Shown: positions 1-9,100 of the stretch, one piece after another | Layout: every line of letters begins with the position of its first letter | Numbering within the stretch: the stretch's first letter is position 1 | Assembly: GCA_040905465.1 (NCBI GenBank) | Contig: JBBDRK010000067.1 | Location: 1-64,000, forward strand | From: Trueperaceae bacterium | Lineage (GTDB): Bacteria; Deinococcota; Deinococci; Deinococcales; Trueperaceae | Direction of reading: 5' to 3' | DNA: 64,000 nucleotides | Translations under genes and position numbers: made by a program | The notes under the pieces: model-generated | The model's database searches: none | Seen by the model: only the letters and a program-made list of their open reading frames with translations | What the model was told of the DNA's origin: nothing

Positions 1-57
1 AGTCTCCTCGCGACACTCGAGCGACGGCGTGCCTGGATCGTGATTCGCCTCGCTCAA
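1..57 (-). CDS. Possible 5' end of a gene running off the window (next gene of the ABC/HAD operon)
   Basis: AAGAGG 7 nt before a TTG at 57; frame is open to position 1 (LSEANHDPGTPSLECREET). Confidence 0.3.
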   Translation of the reverse strand, partial: MSEANHDPGTPSLECREET

Positions 58-92
58 CGATTAACCTCTTGCAGTTCTTCGGCTCCCCGGCC

Positions 93-890
93 TCAACCGA
101 ACAACTCGATCACCGCCTCCGCGGCCTCCTTGACGTCTTGCGCCAGCGCGTCGCACTCGAGCTGGCTGGCAGTGAAGTCACCGTACCGCTCGCGCTGCGG
201 GTCGCAGCTCATTTGCGCCATCAGGAAGTCGGCGAAGTCGACATGACGAGGGCGCAACACCGGCAGCGACGACCGCAGGGTCTCGGGAACGTTTCCTGTT
301 AGCCAGATGGCCTTGAGGCCGGCACGCCTCGCCCCCAGTACATCTGCGTAAAGGGTGTCCCCTACGTGCACTACCAGCCCGCGTACCGCCAGGAAGATGC
401 CCGAATCCGGCTTGGCGGAATCGACAACGTTGGGGGCAACGAGCTCGTCGAACAACTCGCTCACTCCCAAAGCCTTCAGCACAGGCGCCTGGTAGTGACT
501 GTAGCCGTTGGTGAGGGCAACCGTGCGGTAGCCCGCGCGGTGCAGCAGCTCGATTCCCTCGTGAACGCCGGGCAGCAGCCTGATACACTCCGGCCGGCAG
601 CACTCTTCCACGATACCGGCCACACTCGGAATCTCGGGACCCCCGAAGTCTCGGCTTACTTTGGCGTATATCCCGTCCCAGTCGAAGGCCATTACCAATT
701 TGTCGCTCGCCAGGCGGGCAGTCCACTCGGCAGTGATGGCGGCGTCGAGGAGCGCGTCTGCCTCACGGGCCGCCAGGTCGGCGAGCCGAGAACGTTGATG
801 GATCAGTCGCCGTATCCGCGGAAGCACGCAGGACTCAAAGGGATTGTCCATCACCACTCCGTCGAGGTCGAACGAGACGGCCGGTGTCAC
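93..890 (-). CDS. HAD-superfamily hydrolase (phosphatase-like)
   Basis: Motif I FDLDG, LTNG, KPD, HVGDTLYAD...GA..AG; start overlaps upstream stop. Confidence 0.85.
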   Translation of the reverse strand: MTPAVSFDLDGVVMDNPFESCVLPRIRRLIHQRSRLADLAAREADALLDAAITAEWTARLASDKLVMAFDWDGIYAKVSRDFGGPEIPSVAGIVEECCRPECIRLLPGVHEGIELLHRAGYRTVALTNGYSHYQAPVLKALGVSELFDELVAPNVVDSAKPDSGIFLAVRGLVVHVGDTLYADVLGARRAGLKAIWLTGNVPETLRSSLPVLRPRHVDFADFLMAQMSCDPQRERYGDFTASQLECDALAQDVKEAAEAVIELFG

Positions 891-2281
891 GCGAACACCA
901 CCGCGCTAGGGACCGGCCTGTCGAACGAGGCGCCGGCAATCCCGCGAGAGTCGGCCGGCCGCAGCAAGGTGCCGGAGCCGAACATCACCTGCACCGAGCC
1001 GCCCCCGTCCAGGTTCACCGCCTCGCGCGCACCCAGTTCGACCAGCAACTCGGCCAGCTCGAGGAGGGTGCAACCCGAGCCTTCCCGCCGGGCGGCACCG
1101 TGCAAGGCGGAGGCCCCCTCTACTGCGGCGACGAGCAACTCTCCGTCGCTGTTCACGCCCACGCCGAGACGTGCGGCGGGCGTGACGTTCGCGTCGGCAG
1201 GAAAGACCGTGGGAACTACGGGTTCGCTCGAGCCACTCACGTAGAACTCCTCTTCGTCAAAGATGTCATCATCCACGCAGACCTGCCCCCCGGTCACCAA
1301 TCGCGGCCCTGCCTGCACCCCCGCCTCCAGGTCTTCGAGTCCCGTCACCCGGTAGTGAACCGGGGCACCACGGCGCAGAGCCTCGAGCTCATGGGCATCC
1401 AGCCGCTGCCGCATGCTCAGGGCGATCGCGCCCTGCGGAACCTTTCGACCGCCGCCCGAGGCGACGGCAACCGCCCAGCGCCCGACGAACGTAATCTCGC
1501 ACACGCCCGGGTCTACCGGCGTGCGGCCTCCCGGAAGATCGGGCCCGCGCATGTACAGTCTCGCAGAGTGGCTTCGCCGACGCACTTCGCGCCCTCCGGG
1601 TAGCGTCACTACGAGCTCATCGAGCCCCATCCGCCTCACCTGCCAACCGCTTCGGGTGCGAACGAGCGCTGTTCTGGACGCGGTCGGTGGGCGCGATACC
1701 GCTCCGGCCCGGGCAGTAAGACCGGCCGCCTCACCCAACGGCACGTGATGGGTGTCCATATCGCCGGGCAGTATGGTGAAGAAGTGGGCGTTGGCGATTA
1801 TCGCCGCAGGGCGGTAGGTGCCAACAGCTCGGGGTGTCCCGACCGTGCCTACCATGACCAACTCGCTGCCCTCACCGGGGCCCTGGGTCGCCTGCGCCAG
1901 CAACCCACGCCGCGCGAGGGGTCCCGCCAACGCCCGGAACTCACCCCGGCTTCTATCGGGCCAGCTCGCGCCGCCGTCCTCGCCGCCGCCCAAATCGCGG
2001 GCGTGATAAGCGAGTAGCGAGCGCAGCGCCAGGATCTCCTCGCCGTCCTCGGTCCAGCGCAACCGCTCGGCCACGCCGCGGCTTCGCAGTTGGACGGGCG
2101 GCAGCGCCAGCGCGGTGAAGCGGCGCCGGTACAGGGCGGCCAGGAGATGAGCGATCTCGCGCGCCCGCAGTCGCGCCGGCATGGCGAGCGTCGTGGGCGT
2201 CAGGCCGTCCGCGCCAAATGTCACCACTCTCGTTTCCCCTGCCGCGAAGTGCCGGCGTTCTGTCCGCAACGAGCGGATCAC
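887..2281 (-). CDS. Phosphodiester glycosidase family protein (NAGPA/DUF2233-like C-terminal domain)
   Basis: QAGPRLV, ARLGVG, G.TL.ELA...LGAREAVNLDGGGS, RPVPS; ATGA-coupled to the permease. Confidence 0.8.
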   Translation of the reverse strand: MIRSLRTERRHFAAGETRVVTFGADGLTPTTLAMPARLRAREIAHLLAALYRRRFTALALPPVQLRSRGVAERLRWTEDGEEILALRSLLAYHARDLGGGEDGGASWPDRSRGEFRALAGPLARRGLLAQATQGPGEGSELVMVGTVGTPRAVGTYRPAAIIANAHFFTILPGDMDTHHVPLGEAAGLTARAGAVSRPPTASRTALVRTRSGWQVRRMGLDELVVTLPGGREVRRRSHSARLYMRGPDLPGGRTPVDPGVCEITFVGRWAVAVASGGGRKVPQGAIALSMRQRLDAHELEALRRGAPVHYRVTGLEDLEAGVQAGPRLVTGGQVCVDDDIFDEEEFYVSGSSEPVVPTVFPADANVTPAARLGVGVNSDGELLVAAVEGASALHGAARREGSGCTLLELAELLVELGAREAVNLDGGGSVQVMFGSGTLLRPADSRGIAGASFDRPVPSAVVFA

Positions 2282-3171
2282 TTGATCCCGGAGGTGATGA
2301 AGCCGCGGACGATGTACTTCTGCGCGGCGAGGTAGACCAGGACCATGGGTAGTACCGAGACTACCGCGCCGGCCATGAGCAGCGTCCAGCGCGACTCGTA
2401 CTGCCCCTGCAGCGCCGTCAGGCCCAGCGGCAAGGTCCTCAGACTGCTGTCGGAAATGTATAGCACCGCTCGCAGCAGTTCGTTCCAGTTGGTGATGAAG
2501 GCGATCACGAACAGGCTGGCCAGCGCCGGGCCGGCAAGCGGCAGGAAGATGCGCAAGTAGGCACCGAAAGGGCTGGCACCGTCGATGACTGCGGCATCCT
2601 CTAGCTCCTCGGGGACGGTCTTGAAGAACTCGGTGAGCAGGAACGTGCCGAAGGCGCCGATCATCAGCGAGGGGACTATCAGCGGCAGGTAGGTGTCGAG
2701 CCAGCCGAGGCGGACCATCAGCAGGAACTCGGGGATTATGGTTATCTCGGTGGGTACCAGCATGGTGGCCAGCACCAGGGCGAAGAGCACATGCTTGCCG
2801 CGGAAGTGCATGCGGGCGAAGGCGAAGCCGGCCAGTGAGCAGGTGACCAGTTGCCCGAGGGCGGCGCTGCCGGCCACGAACAGGGAGTTGAGGGCGTAGC
2901 GGGCGAAGCTGTAGCGGGTGAGTACCTCGCGGTAGTTCTGCAGGGGGTCGTCGCCGAACAGCAGGCTGGGGGTAAGGGTGGGTGGTACCCGGAATACGTC
3001 GCCGGGCTCCTTGAACGAGGTGAGCACCATCCAGGCGAACGGTATTAGGGTGATGGCAGCGTAAGTCAGCAGGAACAGGTAGATGACGGCGGTGCGTGGC
3101 GCCTTGCCCTGGCGCCTGCCCCGACTGCGCGTGACCTGCTGGTGTTGCGGTTGGGCGATCGTGTCAGCCAT
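2278..3171 (-). CDS. Carbohydrate ABC transporter permease (MalG-like)
   Basis: EAA loop ELEDAAVIDGAS; about 6 TM segments. Confidence 0.93.
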   Translation of the reverse strand: MADTIAQPQHQQVTRSRGRRQGKAPRTAVIYLFLLTYAAITLIPFAWMVLTSFKEPGDVFRVPPTLTPSLLFGDDPLQNYREVLTRYSFARYALNSLFVAGSAALGQLVTCSLAGFAFARMHFRGKHVLFALVLATMLVPTEITIIPEFLLMVRLGWLDTYLPLIVPSLMIGAFGTFLLTEFFKTVPEELEDAAVIDGASPFGAYLRIFLPLAGPALASLFVIAFITNWNELLRAVLYISDSSLRTLPLGLTALQGQYESRWTLLMAGAVVSVLPMVLVYLAAQKYIVRGFITSGIK

Positions 3172-4033
3172 AGGAGACCCAGCGGCGGCGTAGGGCGAAG
3201 TTGAGGAGGGTCAGGCCGCCGACCAGCAGCATCAGCACATAGGCGAGGGCGCTGGCGTAGCCCATGCGGAAGTGCACGAAGGCGTTCTGGTAGATGAAGA
3301 AGGCCAGGGTGGTTGAGGCTCGTTGGGGGCCGCCGCCGGTGAGGGCGTAGGTGACCTCGAACGTCTGCGCCGAGGCGAATAGCGAGATGATCAGCACGAA
3401 GAACGTTACCGGCGAGAGCAGCGGCAGGGTGATGCGCCGGAAGATCTGCGACTCGCTGGCCCCGTCGATCCGGGCGGCCTCCTTGAGGCCCTCGTCGATG
3501 TTCTGCAGGCCCGCCAGGAAGAGCAACATCTGGAAGCCGGCATGCTGCCATACCGCCACCACGGCCACCGCGATCAGGGCGTAACTGGGATCCCCCAGCC
3601 AGGATGGGGGGCGCTCGACCCCCAGGCTGTAGAGCAGGTTGTTGAGCAGCCCGAAGCGGGTGGCGAAGATCCACTTCCAGACCAGGGCCACCGCCACGGT
3701 GGAGGTGATGTAGGGCAGGAAGAAGAAGCCGCGGAAGAAGGTGCTGCCGAGCAGCCGCTGGTTGACCAGCACCGCCAGGGTGAGGCCCAGGAGCATCACG
3801 CCCGGGACGTAGAACAGTGCGTAGAGCGCGGTGTTGCCCAAGACCTCCCAGAACGCCTCGCTGGCGAGCATCTCCCGGTAGTTCCGCAGGCCAACCCAAC
3901 TGGGCGCCGAGATCACGTTCCAATCGGTGAAGCTGGCCGCGAACGAAACGAACAACGGCCCCAGGCGAAAGAGAACCAACCCCAGCAGCATCGGGGCGAT
4001 GAAAAGATAGGGAACGTACGGCCTATAGCGCAC
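3164..4033 (-). CDS. Carbohydrate ABC transporter permease (MalF-like)
   Basis: EAARIDGAS, ITLPLLSP, GYASALA. Confidence 0.93.
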   Translation of the reverse strand: MRYRPYVPYLFIAPMLLGLVLFRLGPLFVSFAASFTDWNVISAPSWVGLRNYREMLASEAFWEVLGNTALYALFYVPGVMLLGLTLAVLVNQRLLGSTFFRGFFFLPYITSTVAVALVWKWIFATRFGLLNNLLYSLGVERPPSWLGDPSYALIAVAVVAVWQHAGFQMLLFLAGLQNIDEGLKEAARIDGASESQIFRRITLPLLSPVTFFVLIISLFASAQTFEVTYALTGGGPQRASTTLAFFIYQNAFVHFRMGYASALAYVLMLLVGGLTLLNFALRRRWVSYG

Positions 4034-4045
4034 GAGCAGGTCCTC

Positions 4046-4103
4046 CAGGTGGAGGGATGGGTGGAGGGGCAGGTGGAGGGGCGCGACCGGAGCCGCGCCC
4101 CTC
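4046..4103. repeat. Three imperfect 12-bp repeats (core GGTGGAGGG) plus a GC hairpin between the SBP and permease genes
   Basis: caggtggaggga/tgggtggagggg/caggtggagggg; inverted repeat gaggggcgcg(4076-4085)...cgcgcccctc(4094-4103). Confidence 0.7.
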
Positions 4104-4123
4104 GACCCGAGACGGGGTGTGCC

Positions 4124-5413
4124 TCAGGGGTTCGGGTAGACCCGCGAGAGCACCTGGTTGCCGTAGTCGACGAACCCGTCGATCGCCTCCTCGAGGCTCT
4201 GCTGGCCGTTGAACACCTGGTCCAACTCACCGTTCATCCCGCTTTGCGCGGCAGCGGCGTAGCCGCGCCAATCACCCCAGCTGGGCGTGAAGCTGGTGCG
4301 GCTGGGAAGCAGGCCGAGCTCGAGGATGACCTTCTTGTCGACCGGCTGCTGGTCGCGCTCCAGCCACTCCTCCGATTCGCCTGCCGCTCGGTAGAAGGGC
4401 ACGGTTCCGCCGAGATAGAGGTCCGCCGATCGTTCCGGGCCGGTCATGAACTTGACGAACTCCCAGGCGAGGTCGCTTTTCTCGGAGGTCGGGCTGATGG
4501 CGAACATGTCCGGCCAGGTGTAGGCGATGTCCTCGGTTCCCTGCGGACCACGCGGCACCTTGGTGATCCCCCAGCGGAACGAGTCTCCGACGATGTCGCG
4601 GTTGTTCTCGATGTTCCAGGTGCCGTCCACCCACATGGCGGCCATGCCCAGCGGGAAGACGTCCTGCTGGCGGATGCCTTCCATCTCACTGGGCGGAGGC
4701 GCCACCTCGTGCTCGTTGACGAGGTCGGAGAGGAACTGCAGCGCCTCCCTGGCACTCTCGTCGACTTCCAGGCGGGTGCGGTCGGCACTGAGCAGGTCGC
4801 CACCGTTCTGGTAGATCCACGGCTCGACGTGGGCGTAGCGGCCGTAGAGCCAAAAGCCGTACTGATCGATCCGACCGTCGCCGTTGTCGTCGACGGTCAT
4901 CGCCTGGGCTGCCGCGAGGAACTCCTCCCAGGTCCAGTCGTCGTGCGGCAGCGGGACGCCGGCGGCCTCGAAGGCATCTATGTTGTAGAACAGCACCGTC
5001 CCCTGCCAGTTGACGGGCCACGCATACACGTCGCCGGTCTGCTTGTCGGGAAAGCGCGCGGTGGAGAGCACGCCGGCAAAGTAGTCGTCGAGGTCGGTCT
5101 CGTCGACGTACGGTTGCAGGTTCGCCAGCATGCCGTCGCTCTGCCAGGTGTCGACGAAGCCGCTGGACATGTAGTACACGTCGGGCAACTGGCCGGCCGC
5201 TGCCAGCGCGCTCATACGCGGCCAGTACTGGTCGGGCGGCAACGCCTCGACCTCCACGTCGACGCCGTGGATCTCCTCGAACTGCTCTATCAACGGGACC
5301 TGGATTTCGGCGACAGTAGGGTCCCAGAGGAAGAAGCGAAGAGTCTGTCGGCCCTGACCGAAGGCGTGGCCAAGGACGAGTGTGGCGAGGAGGAGTGCGA
5401 AGATCCGCTTCAT
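4124..5413 (-). CDS. Sugar ABC transporter substrate-binding protein
   Basis: Signal peptide MKRIFALLLATLVLGHAFG, LPDV, LFYN..AFEAAGV..P..WTWEEF, G.AAM. Confidence 0.92.
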   Translation of the reverse strand: MKRIFALLLATLVLGHAFGQGRQTLRFFLWDPTVAEIQVPLIEQFEEIHGVDVEVEALPPDQYWPRMSALAAAGQLPDVYYMSSGFVDTWQSDGMLANLQPYVDETDLDDYFAGVLSTARFPDKQTGDVYAWPVNWQGTVLFYNIDAFEAAGVPLPHDDWTWEEFLAAAQAMTVDDNGDGRIDQYGFWLYGRYAHVEPWIYQNGGDLLSADRTRLEVDESAREALQFLSDLVNEHEVAPPPSEMEGIRQQDVFPLGMAAMWVDGTWNIENNRDIVGDSFRWGITKVPRGPQGTEDIAYTWPDMFAISPTSEKSDLAWEFVKFMTGPERSADLYLGGTVPFYRAAGESEEWLERDQQPVDKKVILELGLLPSRTSFTPSWGDWRGYAAAAQSGMNGELDQVFNGQQSLEEAIDGFVDYGNQVLSRVYPNP

Positions 5414-5561
5414 TCGGGGTCCTTTCCATTCTGCACCGGGCTCGCGGGCGACCGCTGACGCGGCGCCCTGCCGTAGATTCTGCTGTTTGCTTCGCGACCT
5501 CCAATCACTCTGGGCAGCGAGTGTTCGGACCGCAGGCGACGTGAGCTGTCTGCCTGTATTA

Positions 5562-5610
5562 CAATACGAACGTATGAGCGGATATTATCGGAGCGAGTCT
5601 TCCGTGTCAA
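5562..5610 (-). promoter_or_regulatory. Sigma70-type promoter and operator-like dyad for the sugar ABC operon
   Basis: Minus strand TTGACA(5610-5605)-17 bp-TAATAT(5587-5582), followed by dyad ATACG-N2-CGTAT. Confidence 0.65.
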
Positions 5611-5687
5611 GCAAACGTAAACGCAGCGACGTGACAAGTTACGGCGCTTCGGCTGCACTTCGGCTCCACTGAGGTCTATTGTAGGAA

Positions 5688-5703
5688 TGTATGATCTCAG
5701 ACA
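5688..5703. promoter_or_regulatory. Candidate FadR/GntR operator upstream of the RraA operon
   Basis: Near-palindrome TGTATGA-TC-TCAGACA. Confidence 0.4.
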
Positions 5704-5791
5704 ACATGCTAAGTTGCATTGCGTGGAGGCATCGAGCAAGGTCAAGGCGCGAGCAGATCGGGCTACCCGGCCTGTCGACGAGAGGAATGAC

Positions 5792-6460
5792 ATGACGGCA
5801 ATCACCTGGTCCACCGACGACGAGCTTTTCCCGCTCGTCCGTGATCGGCTCTTCAGCGCGGTGCTGGGTGATGTTCTCGACCGCCTGGGTTACCGCCATC
5901 AGTTCCTCCCCCCGGATGTTCGCCCGCTGATGTCGTACGGAACGGTGGTCGGGCGCGCGATGCCGGTCCTGGAGGCCGATGTGTTCGATGACCACCAGGC
6001 CTTCGGAAAGATGTTCGAGGCGCTCGACGACCTTCGCGAGGGCGACATCTATCTGGCCTCCGGCGGGTCGCGAAGCTACGCCTTCTTCGGTGAGCTGATG
6101 GCAGTGGCAGCGTCCGCGCGGGGAGCACATGGAGCGGTGTTGTACGGCTTTCACCGCGACTCCGATGCGCTTCGCTCAGGCGGGTTCCCCGTGTATTCCG
6201 TTGGCGCCTATGCACAGGATCAGGCCGTTCGGGGCCGGGTGATCGAATACCGCACGACGATAGAGATCGGCCGGGCGACGGTCGAACCGGGCGATCTGGT
6301 AGTCGCCGACAGCGACGGAGTACTGATCGTGCCGCAGCGGATCGAGGCCGAGGTAGTACGCGAAGCGCTTGCTAAGGTGACGATCGAGACGGACGTGCGG
6401 CAGGCGTTGCGTTCCGGAATGTCGATTAGCGAAGCCTTCGTCAAGTTTGGAGTGATGTGA
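5792..6460 (+). CDS. RraA family protein (HMG/CHA aldolase-like)
   Basis: AVLGDVLD.LG, AFFGELM, GAVLYGFHRD, PGDLVVADSDGVLIVP; GAGG RBS before ATG 5792. Confidence 0.88.
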   Translation: MTAITWSTDDELFPLVRDRLFSAVLGDVLDRLGYRHQFLPPDVRPLMSYGTVVGRAMPVLEADVFDDHQAFGKMFEALDDLREGDIYLASGGSRSYAFFGELMAVAASARGAHGAVLYGFHRDSDALRSGGFPVYSVGAYAQDQAVRGRVIEYRTTIEIGRATVEPGDLVVADSDGVLIVPQRIEAEVVREALAKVTIETDVRQALRSGMSISEAFVKFGVM

Positions 6461-7185
6461 TGACGACGGGCTACAAGGTCGAGCGTGCAAGTTTGACCGA
6501 GCAGGTGAGCCACCTGCTTCAGCGCTACATCGAGGAGCATGACCTGCGGCCCGGCGACGAGTTGCCCACCGAAATGGAGCTCACCCAGATGTTCGGAGTA
6601 AGCCGCACGGTTATTCGAGAGGGCCTGAGCGCGGCTTCCGCCCTCGGGCTGATCGTTGCCGAGACCGGGCGCCGCTCGCGGGTAGCGGAGCTCTCCCCTC
6701 GGGTGCTCGACCGCTTCTTCACCAACGCGCTGCGTCTCAACACTGGGGCGGTGGCCGAACTGCTGGAGGTGCGCGAAGCGCTGGAGACATTCGGCGTGAC
6801 GCTGGCGGCCCGGAATCCGGAGCCGTCGCGCCTCGAGGAACTCGCCGGGCACCTGTGGGCGATGGACCAGGCCCTTCGGGAGGACAGACAGGACGCCTTC
6901 GTGGAGGCCGACATCGAGTTCCACCTGACTCTGGTGGAGATGAGCGGCAACGAGATCCTGCGCCACCTCATCGGAGCCTTGCGCTCCTCGACCCGCCAGA
7001 CGATAGCCTCGGGCCTGCAGGCGCGAGGCTCGAACCTGAGCCTGGCCGCCATTCAGGAGGTTCACGTTAAGATCTTCGACACGGTGATGCGGGGAGAGCC
7101 GGAGGCGGCCGCGGCGGCCATGACGGAGCACTTCGAGCTCGCCATCGCCGCCGTCAGAAACCGCGACGGGGCGGCAAAGGCCTAG
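6457..7185 (+). CDS. GntR family regulator, FadR/FCD type
   Basis: LPTEMELTQMFGVSRTVIREGL wHTH; FCD ADIEFH...H. Confidence 0.92.
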   Translation: MMTTGYKVERASLTEQVSHLLQRYIEEHDLRPGDELPTEMELTQMFGVSRTVIREGLSAASALGLIVAETGRRSRVAELSPRVLDRFFTNALRLNTGAVAELLEVREALETFGVTLAARNPEPSRLEELAGHLWAMDQALREDRQDAFVEADIEFHLTLVEMSGNEILRHLIGALRSSTRQTIASGLQARGSNLSLAAIQEVHVKIFDTVMRGEPEAAAAAMTEHFELAIAAVRNRDGAAKA

Positions 7186-7187
7186 GG

Positions 7188-7970
7188 GTGGACCTTGCCG
7201 GCAAGTCGGTCCTGGTTACCGGAGCCGCCGGTGGCGGTGTCGGCTTCGGTATCTGCCGGGCGGTGAGCGAGGCCGGGGCGCGGCTGACGGTGAACGACCT
7301 GGACGAGAGCTCCGCCGCGCGAGCGGCGCAACAGCACGGGGCGGTGGCCGGCTACGGCGCCGACGTGGCCGACGCCGCTCAGGTGGACGCGATGTTCACG
7401 CGCATCGCCGCCGAAGTCGGGCCGCTCGATGGGGTGGTCAACAGCGCCGGCATCGGCCTCAACCGGCCCGCGCACGAGGCGAGCGCGGAGGAGTTCGAGC
7501 GGCTCAACGCGGTCGACCAGCGTGGAGTATGGCTGGTCGCCCGGGCCTTCACACGCCAAGCGCAGCGGAACGGGCGCGCCGGCAGCATCGTCAACGTCTC
7601 CTCGGTCCACGCCTTCGCCACCGTGGACGGCTACGCGCTCTACGCGGCGGCCAAGGCAGGCGTGGAAGGGCTGACCCGCGGCCTGGCGGCCGAACTGGGT
7701 GGGGCCGGCATTCGCTGCAACGCCATCGCCCCCGGCTACGTCCACTCCGAACAGGGCCTGGAGCTGCTCGCCACCTGGACTGACGACCCGGCAGGCTGGG
7801 TGCGCGACCACACCCGGAATCAGCAGGCGCTGGACCGCGAGATCGAGCCGATCGACTGCGGCTGGGCGGCGGTGTTCCTGCTGTCCGACCGAAGCCGGGC
7901 CATCACCGGTCAGGTGCTGCGGGTCGATGCCGGGCTCACCGCCCTGCTGTACCGGAAGGACTTGCGGTGA
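7188..7970 (+). CDS. SDR family oxidoreductase
   Basis: TGAAGGGVG, VNSAGI, NVSS, YAAAK, NAIAPG. Confidence 0.92.
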   Translation: MDLAGKSVLVTGAAGGGVGFGICRAVSEAGARLTVNDLDESSAARAAQQHGAVAGYGADVADAAQVDAMFTRIAAEVGPLDGVVNSAGIGLNRPAHEASAEEFERLNAVDQRGVWLVARAFTRQAQRNGRAGSIVNVSSVHAFATVDGYALYAAAKAGVEGLTRGLAAELGGAGIRCNAIAPGYVHSEQGLELLATWTDDPAGWVRDHTRNQQALDREIEPIDCGWAAVFLLSDRSRAITGQVLRVDAGLTALLYRKDLR

Positions 7971-9100
7971 GGATCGTTCGCATCGAGGCCACCGAGGTGA
8001 TCGTGCCGGCACGGTCGGGAACTATCAACAGCCCCGACCTGAACCGGCCGCTCCACAAACTGGCGTCGCACGGCCAGCCGGCCTGGACCCGGCAGTTCGA
8101 CGAGCTGCCGAAGCTGCTGCTGACGATGCGTTGGGACGACGGCACCGTGGGTTACGGCGAGTGCTACCGCGACCACGATTGGCGCACGGTCGCCACCGTC
8201 GCCGAGTCGCTGCTGGGCAAGGCCGAGGAGGAGCTGACCCTGCAGGCGCTGCCGATCGGCCGCTGCCGGGAGTACGACGGCTTCGAGTGCGCGATCTGGG
8301 ACTCCGTTGCCAAGCATCACGGGCTCCGGGTGGTCGACCTGCTCGGCGGAGCGGTGCGCGAGCGCGTCCGGGTAGGCGCCTGGTCCGGACACCGCACGAC
8401 CGGGGAGGTCGGCGCGCTGGCCGAGCGAATGGCGGCCGCCGGCTACGACTGCCTCAAGTTCAAGTGCGACCTGGAGGACGACGTCGTCGGCTGGTGCCGG
8501 GAGGTCGCCCGGGCGGCGCCCGGCATGCAGGTGATACTCGATCCCAACGAGCGCTGGGAGAGCCCGCACCATGCCAGGCGCAGGTTGCTTGCGCTGGCCG
8601 AAGTGGGCAACGTGCTCTGTGTCGAGGACCCGATCCCGCGCTGGCGGCTCGACGAGTACCGGGAGCTGCGCGCGGTGAGCGACATTCCGATAGTGCTGCA
8701 CGTGTCCATCCCCTACTTCGAGCACGGCCAGCGGGTGCAGGACGCGATCGCGGCGCTGACCAGCCGCGCCGTCGACGGTTTCAATTTCAACGCCGGGGCA
8801 GCCGCGTTCCAGCAACTCGACCATGTGGCCGCTGCCGCTCAGCTTCCCTGCTGGCACGGCTCCGAGATCGACCTAGGGATACTGGAGGCTATGTACCTGC
8901 ACTCGTGCGCGGCCGCCGGCAGCTGCGACTGGCCGAGCGATATCTTCGGCCGCCTCATCCGCACTCACGACCTGCTCCAGGAGCCGCTGAGGATCGAGCC
9001 TCCGTACGCCTTCCTGCCCAGTGGACCCGGCCTGGGCGTGACCCTCGACATGGAAGCGGTGTTGGCGCACTGCACGCGCGACGAGGTGTTCGAGCCGTGA
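7967..9100 (+). CDS. Mandelate racemase/muconate lactonizing enzyme (enolase superfamily)
   Basis: GYGE, KFK, DPNE, VEDP, PSGPGLGV. Confidence 0.88.
   Translation: MRIVRIEATEVIVPARSGTINSPDLNRPLHKLASHGQPAWTRQFDELPKLLLTMRWDDGTVGYGECYRDHDWRTVATVAESLLGKAEEELTLQALPIGRCREYDGFECAIWDSVAKHHGLRVVDLLGGAVRERVRVGAWSGHRTTGEVGALAERMAAAGYDCLKFKCDLEDDVVGWCREVARAAPGMQVILDPNERWESPHHARRRLLALAEVGNVLCVEDPIPRWRLDEYRELRAVSDIPIVLHVSIPYFEHGQRVQDAIAALTSRAVDGFNFNAGAAAFQQLDHVAAAAQLPCWHGSEIDLGILEAMYLHSCAAAGSCDWPSDIFGRLIRTHDLLQEPLRIEPPYAFLPSGPGLGVTLDMEAVLAHCTRDEVFEP

Noticed and set aside
3542..5458. Long plus-strand ORF (638 aa) and similar antisense ORFs such as 55349-56584
   Set aside because: Shadow frames of high-GC genes on the opposite strand, with no motifs
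7699..9096. 769-aa ORF 7699-10008 as one protein
   Set aside because: The first 466 codons are an alternative frame over the SDR and enolase genes; the real start is the GTG at 9097
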